Shown: positions 10,265-19,119 of the stretch, piece after piece
How positions within the stretch are numbered: the stretch's first letter is position 1
Layout of the letters: every line of letters starts with the position of its first letter
Source of the DNA: Candidatus Latescibacterota bacterium
Lineage (GTDB): Bacteria > Latescibacterota > UBA2968 > GCA-2709665
Length of the DNA stretch: 64,000 nt
Assembly (NCBI GenBank): GCA_965219995.1
Contig: CBDCOX010000002.1
Coordinates: 5,344,001 to 5,408,000, forward strand
Reading direction: 5' to 3'
The notes under the pieces: model-generated
What the model was told of the DNA's origin: nothing
Databases searched by the model: none
What the model saw: only the letters and a program-made list of their open reading frames with translations
Program-made: the position numbers and the translations under genes

Positions 10265-12229
10265 CTGAACTTCCAGAGTCCATGTGATCTAACCCATTGA
10301 TTTCGGGGTTGTGTTTTTGAGAACGAGCGTGCGCTACTGGGTACGTTCGAGGCGGATGCCGAGGAGCTTGAAGGCTTCGCGTTGCAGGGCGGTGGGTCGC
10401 GTGATGAGGTCGAAGGGTTCGGCGCCGGGGAGCTGCGGCAACACGCGGTTTTTGGCGATGGTGGCGAGGTCGGCGAGCAGGGTCTGGAAGCTGTGCACGG
10501 GCAGACCGTCGGCGGTGCGCTTGCTGCGCGCCTTGTCGCGCGCGGCGTTGGAGACTGCGGCGGGCGCGACCACGGAGGTTCGCGCGGCGTGTGCGGCGTC
10601 TGGATCGTGGTCGTCGAACAGCAGCGGCTTGAGGCGTTGCCGCATGTGCCACTCGACGTGGTAGGCGAGCATGCACAGGAACACGTGCGCGCGCACCCGG
10701 TTGGCGGCATGGTGGTGGATGGGCCGCACCTTGAGGTCGACCGTCTTGAGGCTGCGGAAGGCGCGCTCGACGACGGCCAGGCCCTTGTAGGCGGCGACGG
10801 TGCCGGCGGCGTCGAGTTGGTCGTCCGGCAGGCTGGTGCGGACGACATGGATGCCGTCGAGAGCGGCCTCGGCGGCGATGGCGTCGGCCTTGCGCGCATG
10901 GGCGAAGGAGCGTTCGCCGACGTCGAGGTCGAAGTGCTTGGCCATCTTGTACTTGCCGACCACCTTGCCGACGCGCAGCGCGATCTGGTTGGCGCCACGC
11001 AGCGGGCGCCGGTCGCGTTGGGTGGCGGCGGCCACGGCGTCGAGGAGTTCCTCGGTGGCGCGCAGCAGTTCCTCGCGCTTGCGCGCGCGCAGTTCGGCGA
11101 GCAGCGGGTTGCGGCACACCATGAGCCGCTCGCCGGGGAAGTCGTCGCTGCGGATCTCGATCAGGTCGGTCTCGTCGAACAGCGACGGCTGCACGGCGCC
11201 GGCGTCGGCGAGGCGGCGGATGGCGGGCGCGCGCAGGGCGCTGATCCAGTCGAGGCCGGCGGGTCGCAGTTGGTCGCGGATGCGCGCGTCGGTGAGCATG
11301 CCGCGGTCGCCGACCAGCACCACGCGGTCGAGGCCGAAGCGGCGCCGCAGCTTGTCGATCTGCGCGCCCAGCGTGGCGGGATCGGCGGTGTTGCCGTCGA
11401 ACACCTCGACCGCCACGGGACAGCCGTCGCGGTTGCACAGCAGGCCGAAGACGATCTGCGGCTTGCCGCGCTTGCCGTCGCGCGAGTAGCCGCGCTTGGC
11501 GAGTGGGCAGCAGTGGCCTTCCAGGTGGCTGGAGGTCAGGTCATAGAGCACCAGGGCGCCGTCGGCGAGATGGCGCCTGGCGAGGCGCGCCTCGATGGCG
11601 TGCTGGCGTTCGAGCAGCCAGTCCATGGCGGCGTACAGGTCGTTCTCGTCGGCGTCCTCGACGCCGAGTTCCGCGGCGAGGGAGTCGCGGGCGGTGTCGG
11701 CGGCGAGGCCGCGGGCGGTGGCGAGCTTGGAGCCCGGATGGAGGATGCGGGCGGCGATCAGCGCGACGGCCAGGTCGCGCCGCCGCGAGCGGGTCCCGGC
11801 GAGCAGGCGGTCGAGGCGCAGCTTGCGCAGGGTGCCGAGCACGGCGGCGACGTGGCCGTGCGGCAGCGAGCGGAGGATGTCGATGGCGGCGGCGGGATCG
11901 GCGACGGCGGCGCCGCCCTTGAGCAGGACGCGCAGGCCGGCGACGAGCTCGGGCGGCCACTTGGAGAGGTTGGCGAGGGTGCGCTTGCGGACCTTGCCGT
12001 CGTGGCGGAAGGACTCGCGCAGCAGGACGGCGGGCGGGGAGTTCCGGTTGGGCACGGACTCGATGTACATGGGCACGTATGATACGTCCAATGCCCACGC
12101 ATGACAACCGAAAGTCACGAATAAACGATCATTTACATGGCTACAGATTCCAGCCTGTGAAACACCAACAATCTACGTCGAATCAAACGGTTAGGTGCGA
12201 AAAACGGGCGGCAAACTCTGGAAGTTCAG
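10265..12229 (-). mobile_element. IS1634-family insertion sequence, complete
   Basis: Perfect 15-bp terminal IRs CTGAACTTCCAGAGT (10265-10279 / 12215-12229); 6-bp target duplication GTTAGC (10259-10264, 12230-12235); an equivalent reading is 16-bp IR with TTAG duplication. Confidence 0.93.
10334..12070 (-). CDS. IS1634-family DDE transposase
   Basis: MYIESVPNRNSPPAVLLRES..., LYDLTSS, GYSRDGK, VGDRGM, VERAFRSLK, RVRAHVFLCMLAY. Confidence 0.95.
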   Translation of the reverse strand: MYIESVPNRNSPPAVLLRESFRHDGKVRKRTLANLSKWPPELVAGLRVLLKGGAAVADPAAAIDILRSLPHGHVAAVLGTLRKLRLDRLLAGTRSRRRDLAVALIAARILHPGSKLATARGLAADTARDSLAAELGVEDADENDLYAAMDWLLERQHAIEARLARRHLADGALVLYDLTSSHLEGHCCPLAKRGYSRDGKRGKPQIVFGLLCNRDGCPVAVEVFDGNTADPATLGAQIDKLRRRFGLDRVVLVGDRGMLTDARIRDQLRPAGLDWISALRAPAIRRLADAGAVQPSLFDETDLIEIRSDDFPGERLMVCRNPLLAELRARKREELLRATEELLDAVAAATQRDRRPLRGANQIALRVGKVVGKYKMAKHFDLDVGERSFAHARKADAIAAEAALDGIHVVRTSLPDDQLDAAGTVAAYKGLAVVERAFRSLKTVDLKVRPIHHHAANRVRAHVFLCMLAYHVEWHMRQRLKPLLFDDHDPDAAHAARTSVVAPAAVSNAARDKARSKRTADGLPVHSFQTLLADLATIAKNRVLPQLPGAEPFDLITRPTALQREAFKLLGIRLERTQ

Positions 12230-12440
12230 GTTAGCCAATCTTGAACGGGCTATCGGCGTCAACTCGTCACCGTCAATTCGGTAAAGGGTAGTCAATGGTC
12301 CTGGACTCCTGGGAGCGACGGCTGCAATGCGACTACGAATCAGCCTCAGTGTCAACGGGACAACTTCATCGGTCGCACCGCAACACCGCCCGCGAGTGCT
12401 GGGAGGACGAGAACGAGACAGCGCCGACTCGGCCCGCCAA

Positions 12441-14234
12441 TCAAAGCCCCACGATCGGCAACTCGACACGGCTCGGGTGCTCCGAGTCGTGGTGAATGCT
12501 GATTTCGCTGGTCTGCATCCGGGTCGCGGTCGCGATCGGCTCGCCGGTGTTCGGGTTGGGGTCGAGTATCGGGAACTCGGTGCCCGAAACCGTCACGCGC
12601 AGCACGTTGCCGGCGGCCAGGGTGTGCCCGACGTACGCCAGGGGGATCTCCACAGTGTAGACCCTGCCCGGTTCGAGCCGGACCTCCCGGTCGAAGCCCT
12701 CGTGGTAGCGCAGCCTCAAGGCGCCGCCGGTGCCGAGGCGGATGGCCCGCCCGTCGGGGTAGACCTCGTGCAGGTTCACGATCAGGTCGGTGTCCGGCGT
12801 CGATATGGAGACATGCACGACGGCCCGGCTCTCGCCGATGACGGTCACCGGTTCCGCGAGCGGGGCGGAGTCGTAGACCAGGACCGCTTCGTTCCGGTGG
12901 GAGTCGGAGTACTCGCCGATCCCGGTCATCATGTCGGTGATGGCCACCACCGGGTTGGCCGGGTCCGCGACCGTCACGTCGGCCGGGGCGGCCGAACCGG
13001 GCGCGAACCCCAACGAACCGTCGCCCCCCACGCCGTTGGCCGCCCCGTCGCTCGCCAGGTACACCGCCGTCCTCTCGAGCCCGGGCACCGGCAGGCTGTC
13101 GAACTCCCGCCAGACGTTGCTGCCGGTGACGAACACGCGCACGCGCTGCGGCAGCGACACGGACGCGGGCAATCCCTTGAGGTAGCGGTCGAAAAACGCG
13201 ATGCGCAGCGCCGACATGTCGACGACGCCGGCGCCGTCGAAGCGGTACGGCCCCTCCGCCGGCGGTATGCCGACATAGGAACCGCCGTGGTTCCAGGGCC
13301 CGATCAGGAGCTTGCGGTGCTGCGGATTGGGCGCGTTCTCCTCGAGCTCCCGCCAGGCGTGCAGCGTGCCGATGGACGGGTCGAAGTTGCCGGTCACCAG
13401 CAGCACGGGAATGGCGACCCGCGCGTAGTGCTCGTCCATCATCATCGTCTCGCGCCAGTAATCGCTGCCCAGGACCGGTTCCTCGAGGAACCGGCGGTAC
13501 TGGACGAGTTCGTCGCCGTCGAGGTAGCCGTTCGCGGAGTCGAGGAGCGGGCGGGACGCGAGCAGGCGCTGCCATTCCGGGTCGTCGATCACGCGGCGGG
13601 AGTCCATGAAGCCGACGCCGGTTTCCTCGAAGGACCGCAGGCGCAGCAGCTTGTGCCAGTTCAGCATGTGATAGCGCATGAAGATGCCGCCCGAGTACGG
13701 CGTCTCCCGGAAGAAATGGGACGACGGCACGAACGGGATGATCGCCTTGAGCGCCGGCGGTGCGGTGCTCGCGGCCTGCAGTTGCGTCATGGCGTTGTAC
13801 GAACCGTGGTCCATGCCCACGTTGCCGTCGCTCCAGGGCTGGTCGGCGATCCACGCGATGCAGTCGTACCCGTCGTTGCGGTCGTCGGCGATGAACCGGT
13901 AGCGGCCGTCGTTGTCGCCGATGCCGCGCGCGAGCTGCCAGACGACGGCGTACCCCGCCTCGAGGTAGGCATCCATGATCGCGTTGTGGCGCGGCCCGAT
14001 GGAGAGCAGGTAGGGCGTGCGCACGAGCACCGTCGGAAAGGGCCCCTCGCCCGCCGGCAGGTTGACGTAGGTCAGGAGCTTCGCGCCGTCGCGCATGGCC
14101 ACCCGGACCTCCATTTCCCCGGGCCGCGCGGGCGGGTCCGCCGGTTCCTGCGCCCACGCAACGCCGCCTGGCGTAGCGGCGAGCATCCCGGCCAGCAGCA
14201 GCGCGTGGCACAGGTCGACGACTCGTTTTCTCAT
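12441..14234 (-). CDS. Secreted CocE/NonD family hydrolase
   Basis: Signal peptide; VAMRDGAKL, LVRTPY, DGYDCIAWIADQPWSDGNVG, HGSY, IGPWNHG. Confidence 0.92.
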   Translation of the reverse strand: MRKRVVDLCHALLLAGMLAATPGGVAWAQEPADPPARPGEMEVRVAMRDGAKLLTYVNLPAGEGPFPTVLVRTPYLLSIGPRHNAIMDAYLEAGYAVVWQLARGIGDNDGRYRFIADDRNDGYDCIAWIADQPWSDGNVGMDHGSYNAMTQLQAASTAPPALKAIIPFVPSSHFFRETPYSGGIFMRYHMLNWHKLLRLRSFEETGVGFMDSRRVIDDPEWQRLLASRPLLDSANGYLDGDELVQYRRFLEEPVLGSDYWRETMMMDEHYARVAIPVLLVTGNFDPSIGTLHAWRELEENAPNPQHRKLLIGPWNHGGSYVGIPPAEGPYRFDGAGVVDMSALRIAFFDRYLKGLPASVSLPQRVRVFVTGSNVWREFDSLPVPGLERTAVYLASDGAANGVGGDGSLGFAPGSAAPADVTVADPANPVVAITDMMTGIGEYSDSHRNEAVLVYDSAPLAEPVTVIGESRAVVHVSISTPDTDLIVNLHEVYPDGRAIRLGTGGALRLRYHEGFDREVRLEPGRVYTVEIPLAYVGHTLAAGNVLRVTVSGTEFPILDPNPNTGEPIATATRMQTSEISIHHDSEHPSRVELPIVGL

Positions 14235-14298
14235 GGGTTTCCTCCCGCGAATCCGTTGAACGGGACGGACGGCGGCGCGCCGCCGCGGCCGGCTGGCG

Positions 14299-14751
14299 TC
14301 ACATGCTGTAGCCGATCCTCAACCCGTAGGTCCGCGGCGGCGCGAGCAGCCCGCGCATGCCGAGCAGGCCGCTCGGGTAGATCTGCAGCACGTAGACCTC
14401 GTCGCCCAGGTTCTTGCCCCAGGCGGCCACCGTCCAGCGGCCGTCGGAGCTCGTGTAGGTGGAACCCCCGGCGGAGACGTTGTTCGCCGTCAGGCTCGGC
14501 GCGAAGCGGCCGAGGTCCGCCACGTCGTCGAGGATGGCCTGCTTGAGCTTCTCGTCGTCGAAGGCGCTCACCGCGACAGGCACCTCGTAGAGGTTCTCCT
14601 CGCGTTTCTGCGCGGTGACGACGATTTCCTCCAGCGCCGGCTGGGCGTGGGCGACATTGCCGGCCGCGAGCAGGGGCGGCAGGAGAAGCACGGGCAAACA
14701 GGGGACGCACCGCGCGCTTCGCCGCGAACGGATGGGATCGCTAGTGTTCAT
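14299..14751 (-). pseudogene. Internally deleted TonB-dependent receptor (mini-gene: signal, TonB box, plug start, last beta-strands)
   Basis: LEEIVVTAQKREENLYEVPVAVSAF...FAPSL joined in frame near 14460 to DGRWTVAAWGKNLGDEVY...PPRTYGLRIGYSM*; 150 aa versus about 800 aa for intact TBDRs in this window. Confidence 0.85.
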
Positions 14752-14902
14752 GTCGGTCTCCTCCACGCAAATGCACGGCACGGCCTTGGCGGACCCCGCC
14801 GCCCGTTCCCAACGCCGACCTGCCTCCCGAAACGACGCGATACTCCCGGCACTCCCTCAGTGCTGAGGGTGCAAGGCACGGGCCGCGTCATGGAATGAGC
14901 CC

Positions 14903-14998
14903 GGAGGAGCCTTCAGCCGGGGAAGTTCCCTCGGCCGCTGACGCGTAAGGAAGTGTCGGTGTTCCTCCCTTCGGCGGATGCGTACTTCCATGCAAGTA
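14903..14998. repeat. 96-bp element, copy 1
   Basis: GGAGGAGCCTTCAGCC...CATGCAAGTA; 95/96 identical to 30375-30470. Confidence 0.9.
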
Positions 14999-15012
14999 CC
15001 GCTGGAGACGAA

Positions 15013-15567
15013 ATGAACACGATCCGCACCCGCGCCCTCTTCGCCGGACCGACACTCGCGGCGTCGATGTGCGCCGGGTTGCTCGTTGGCTGCGCCCCGG
15101 GCGAGGCTCCGCGCGAAGACGGTCAAGCCGGCCCGGCGCCGGTCGCCGCGGAGGAACCCTCGAGCCCGCCGGAGGAAAGCGGTACGACGGACAAGGGCAT
15201 CGTCGTCGGCACCACCGGCGCCGCCGCGGTGCAGGCGGGGTTGGCCATCCTCAAGGCGGGCGGCTCGGCCATGGACGCCGCGTTGGCCACCGCGATGGCG
15301 CAGGTGACCCTCGCCGCGGGAAGCTGGGTCAGCTTCGCGGGCATCATGACGCTGGTCTACTACGACGCCGAGACCGACGCCGTCTACAACATGAACGCGT
15401 CCTACAACACGGTGGCCGGCGAGGACGACCCCATGACCATCCCGGGCCTGGACATTGGCGACATCATGTCCACGGAGCTCCGGCCGTCCGGCGCGCCACC
15501 TTGGTGCCGGGATTCATGAAGGGCGTGGAAGCGGGCCATGAGCGCTTCGGCAAGGTCCCCTTCGCGG
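15013..15567 (+). pseudogene. Truncated, frameshifted copy of gamma-glutamyltransferase
   Basis: Same N-terminus as 17017 gene; GGG to GG deletion near 15490; homology ends at 15567. Confidence 0.9.
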
Positions 15568-15579
15568 TGGCCGGGATTG

Positions 15580-16161
15580 TCAGCGCGGTAGCTGTCGCGT
15601 CAACGACGATGCGGTGAAGAGTTTCGTCAAGACGTCCAGACCAGCGCGACGCAATGCGTCGAGGTGCTGCTCGGGTGAGACCGGAGGATTGCGCAGTCGG
15701 GTGCGGACGCGTTCCGAGGCATCGACGAAACGGCTGGGCGATTCTTGGTAGAGGCGAACCAGGAATCCGTCGGGGTGTTCGGCCTTGAGCCCGTGGGCGG
15801 CGAGCACGGACGCCGGAAAGTCCTTGAGATTGGCGGTGACGATTACATCCGCTTCGCCGCGTGCCGCCGCTGCGACGATATGGCGATCGTCGGGATCGGG
15901 CAGCTGGATTGCGGGCATCAGTTCCTCGTAGCCTGAGACCAGAGCGTCCCGGACGTGGAAGTCCATGAGGCGGCGCGTGCGATTGAGGCGGGTAGCCGGG
16001 ATGTCGGGCCGGCTACGCCGCAGCGCGCGAATCCACTCGTCGTGGACGGCCGTGGACCACTTGGCGCGGTAGAAGTCCGATACTGCGAGTTCGAGCAAAA
16101 GGTCGCGCAGCGGCGCGGGGTACAGGACGGAGGCGTCGAGAAAGGCGACGATGACCGGCAA
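15580..16161 (-). CDS. PIN-domain protein (VapC-like toxin)
   Basis: FLDASVLYPAPLRDLLL, HDEW, LPDPDDRHIVAAA, IVTANLKDFP. Confidence 0.92.
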   Translation of the reverse strand: MPVIVAFLDASVLYPAPLRDLLLELAVSDFYRAKWSTAVHDEWIRALRRSRPDIPATRLNRTRRLMDFHVRDALVSGYEELMPAIQLPDPDDRHIVAAAARGEADVIVTANLKDFPASVLAAHGLKAEHPDGFLVRLYQESPSRFVDASERVRTRLRNPPVSPEQHLDALRRAGLDVLTKLFTASSLTRQLPR

Positions 16162-16164
16162 CGG

Positions 16165-16617
16165 TCAATAGCCCATGTCGAGTTCCTGGGCGTCGGCGGC
16201 AAGTTCATCGAGTGCCCGGCGCCGAGCGGTATCCGTCTCGTTCTTGTAGCGGAGTACGTCGTGGACGCGCACGCGGCGATGCGTGCCCACCTTCCGGAAC
16301 GGCACGGCACCCTCTTCGATGAGTCCGACGAGAAAGGGCCGCGACACGTTGAGGAAGTCGGCCGCCTGCTGGGTCGTCAGCTCGGCGTCCTTGCGGAGCA
16401 CGGCGACGGCGCTGCCGGCGGCGATGTCCTGGAGGATTTCCATGAGGAGCGGACCGACCGAGGCCGGCAGTTCGACGACCTCCCGGCCGTGTACGCCGGT
16501 GACGCTGAGCGTCAAGGCATGATCGGTGTGGAGAAAGGCGGCGAGGCGCTCGCTGGAGGTGCGGGCAACCTCGGCGTCTGCCGGCGTAGGATCGGGGAAA
16601 CGGCTCTGTACTGTCAT
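16165..16617 (-). CDS. Excisionase-family HTH DNA-binding protein (PIN-associated antitoxin)
   Basis: ELTTQQAADFLNVSRPFLVGLIEEGAVPFRKVGTHRRV...QELDMGY, directly upstream of PIN gene. Confidence 0.9.
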   Translation of the reverse strand: MTVQSRFPDPTPADAEVARTSSERLAAFLHTDHALTLSVTGVHGREVVELPASVGPLLMEILQDIAAGSAVAVLRKDAELTTQQAADFLNVSRPFLVGLIEEGAVPFRKVGTHRRVRVHDVLRYKNETDTARRRALDELAADAQELDMGY

Positions 16618-16824
16618 GGCGTTGCCGCGCGATGGATTGTTGCAGACAACATAGCGCCTGGGCCCCACTAAACGCAATAATCGCAACGCTTGCAGCAGCG
16701 TCGGACCGGTGGCCAGCCCACGCCCAGGACGGGGCGTTGTCAGAGTAACTGACGGCAGGGTTTCTCGAGCCTGTCGCGCTGGTTGGCCTCGCAGCAGGTT
16801 GCGGCATGGAGGGAGAAGCCGGGT

Positions 16825-17572
16825 TGCCTCCCGAAACGACGCGATACGCCCGGCACTCCCTCATTGCTGAGGGTGCAAGGCACGGGCCGCGTCATGGAAT
16901 GAGCCCGGAGGAGCCTTCAGCCGGGGAAGCTTCCCCAGCCGCTGACGCGTAAGGAAGCGCTCGCGTTCCCCGCGTCGGCGGAGGCGTTCTTCCATGCAAG
17001 TACCGCTGGAGACGAAATGAACACGATCCGCACCCGCGCCCTCATCGCCGGACCGACACTCGCGGCGTCGATGTGCGCCGGGTTGCTCGTTGGCTGCGCC
17101 CCGGGCGCGGCTCCGCGCGACGACGGTCAAGCCGGCCCGGCGCCGGTCGCCGCGGAGGAACCATCGAGCCCGGCCGAAGAAGGCGGTACGACGGACAAGG
17201 GCATCGTCGTGGGCACCACCGGCGCCGCCGCGGTGCAGGCGGGGCTGGACATCCTCAAGGCGGGCGGCTCCGCCATGGACGCCGCGTTGGCCACCGCGAT
17301 GGCGCAGGTGACCCTCGCCGCGGGAAGCTGGGTCAGCTTCGCGGGCATCATGACGCTGGTCTACTACGACGCCGAGACCGACGCCGTCTACAACATGAAC
17401 GCGTCCTACAACACGGTGGCCGGCGAGGACGACCCCATGACCATCCCGGGCCTGGACATCGGCGACTTCATGTCCACGGAGCTCCGGCCGTCCGGGCGCG
17501 CCACCCTGGTGCCGGGATTCATGAAGGGTGCGGAAGCGGGCCATGAGCGCTTCGGCAAGGTCCCCTTCGCGG
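16825..17572 (+). repeat. Direct duplication (copy B), intact GGT locus
   Basis: Matches 14821-15567. Confidence 0.95.
16907..17002. repeat. 96-bp element, copy 2 (divergent)
   Basis: About 14 mismatches versus copy 1 by manual alignment, same length and ends. Confidence 0.85.
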
Positions 17573-18807
17573 ACCTGTTCGAGGCCTCCATCCGCATCGC
17601 CGAGGAAGGCATGCCGTTCAACGCCGGCCTGGTGCAGAACGTCGAGTTCCGCTCGAACGTCCTCTCCCGCCGCCCGGAGACCCGGGCGGTCTTCGCGCGG
17701 GAGGACGGCTCCTTCCACGAACTCGGCGACACCTTCCGGCAGCCGGCGCTGGCGGCGACGCTGCGCCGGGTCGCCGCCGACGGCAACGTGGACTACCTCT
17801 ATGCGGGCGCATGGGCCGAGAAGCTGGTCGCGGCGGTCCGGGAGGAAGGGGGCCGGATGACCATGGAAGACCTCGCCGCCTACGAAGTCCTCTGGAGCGA
17901 CCCGGTGGTGGCCGACTATGCCGGGCACCAGGTCTTCTCCCACGGCCTTCCGGCCACCGGCGGCGTCAACACCACCGAGGCGCTGAACATCCTGGAGGCC
18001 GCGGACATCAAGTCCATGGGGCACTACACCGAATCGCCGGAAGCCCTCTTCTGGCTCACCCAGCTCACGCGGCTGTCCATGGCCGGCTACCTGTTCCCCC
18101 ATCTCGCCGACGAGATGCCGGGGGTGGACATGTCGCCGCGGGGCCGGCTCGGCAAGCCGCACGGCCGCGCGCTCTGGGCCGCGCTGCAGGCCGGCGACAT
18201 CCCCTTCGCCCGCCCCCCGCGGACCGTGCCCGTGCACTCCGACACCATCGCCACCGCCGACCAGTGGGGCAACATGCTGGGCATGGTGCACTCCATCAAC
18301 ACCGTGAGCTGGGGCATGACGGGCATCTTCGTCGACGGCATCTCGATCCCGGACTCCGCCGCGCACCAGCAGGCGCAGATCGCGGCCGCCGGACCGGGCG
18401 CGCGGCTGCCCGACGCGACCAATCCGGGCATCGTGATGCGCGACGGAGCGCCGCTGCTCGCCTACGGCTCCATCGGCATGGGTCTGCACCAGAAGACCAT
18501 CCAGGCCCTGCACTCGATCCTGGACTTCGGCTACAGCCCCGACGAGGCGGCGAGCGCACCGGCCTTCGGTTCTCCGGAGTTCACCTCGACCGGCCTCACC
18601 GAGCGGACCAGCATCGTGGAGGGCAGGTTCGATCCCGAGGTGGTCGCCGCCGCGAACGCCATGGGCGCCAATCTCTACGAGGACGACCTCCTGCAGGGCG
18701 GCTGGTCCGGCGCCATGATCGACCCCGACACGGGCGCGCGCAGCGGCGGCGTCTCCATGGTCTGGGCGCTGACGCCGGACAACGACAGCCGGCCGGTCGG
18801 CTATTGA
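17017..18807 (+). CDS. Gamma-glutamyltransferase family lipoprotein
   Basis: Lipobox LLVGC; AGLDILKAGGSAMDAA, VPG, RFGKVPFADL, QPALAATL, HSDTIATADQWGN. Confidence 0.9.
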   Translation: MNTIRTRALIAGPTLAASMCAGLLVGCAPGAAPRDDGQAGPAPVAAEEPSSPAEEGGTTDKGIVVGTTGAAAVQAGLDILKAGGSAMDAALATAMAQVTLAAGSWVSFAGIMTLVYYDAETDAVYNMNASYNTVAGEDDPMTIPGLDIGDFMSTELRPSGRATLVPGFMKGAEAGHERFGKVPFADLFEASIRIAEEGMPFNAGLVQNVEFRSNVLSRRPETRAVFAREDGSFHELGDTFRQPALAATLRRVAADGNVDYLYAGAWAEKLVAAVREEGGRMTMEDLAAYEVLWSDPVVADYAGHQVFSHGLPATGGVNTTEALNILEAADIKSMGHYTESPEALFWLTQLTRLSMAGYLFPHLADEMPGVDMSPRGRLGKPHGRALWAALQAGDIPFARPPRTVPVHSDTIATADQWGNMLGMVHSINTVSWGMTGIFVDGISIPDSAAHQQAQIAAAGPGARLPDATNPGIVMRDGAPLLAYGSIGMGLHQKTIQALHSILDFGYSPDEAASAPAFGSPEFTSTGLTERTSIVEGRFDPEVVAAANAMGANLYEDDLLQGGWSGAMIDPDTGARSGGVSMVWALTPDNDSRPVGY

Positions 18808-18903
18808 CGCAGCGGCTACGGCAACCGGCCGGTCCGGCGTGAAGGGTCAGCTTCCGCAGCTAGCCCGGACCGGACGGTGCGAGTCGATCCTTGTCGACAC
18901 GAC

Positions 18904-19119
18904 CTACGACAGGTGTGCCTTGAAGAACCCCTGCCAGTCTCGCACGGCAATGCCGCGCACCAAGGTGGATTGCATCTCGCCGATGTAGTTGTCCATCAGA
19001 CCATATCGGGCGAGCCGTCCGAAGTTGCCGCCGCCGTCCTTGGAGGGTTGGTCCGAGATGTTGGATTTGGACGCGGGGTACGGAGACACGCCGGGCGGAG
19101 GCCGAGGCTTTCCTGGCAT
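18904..19119 (-). pseudogene. Probable internally deleted restriction-endonuclease partner of the MTase
   Basis: 71-aa ORF MPGKPRPPP/GVSPYPASKSNISDQPSKDGGGNFGRLARYGLMDNYI...; ATG lies at the natural end of the MTase domain; resemblance to genes downstream of this MTase subfamily is from recall. Confidence 0.5.

Larger units (their letters stand above)
9281..12295 (-). pseudogene. NucS-like (DUF91) PD-(D/E)XK endonuclease interrupted by IS1634
   Basis: Removing the IS and one DR joins TTG at 12295 (AGGAG upstream) LTTLYRIDGDELTPIARSRLAN to EATLQRWVAEDP...IGREV...GRIDILAINQEGDLSIIELKRDRTPRDIIAQVLDYASWV in frame. Confidence 0.85.
14821..15567 (+). repeat. Direct duplication (copy A) of the GGT upstream region and 5' third
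   Basis: Near-identical to 16825-17572 (offset 2004 bp, then 2005 after a 1-bp deletion). Confidence 0.95.

Noticed and set aside
14903-14998. 96-bp element as cobalamin or TPP riboswitch
   Set aside because: GGGAA is present but no B12 box or TGAGA/CTGAT core; kept as unclassified repeat
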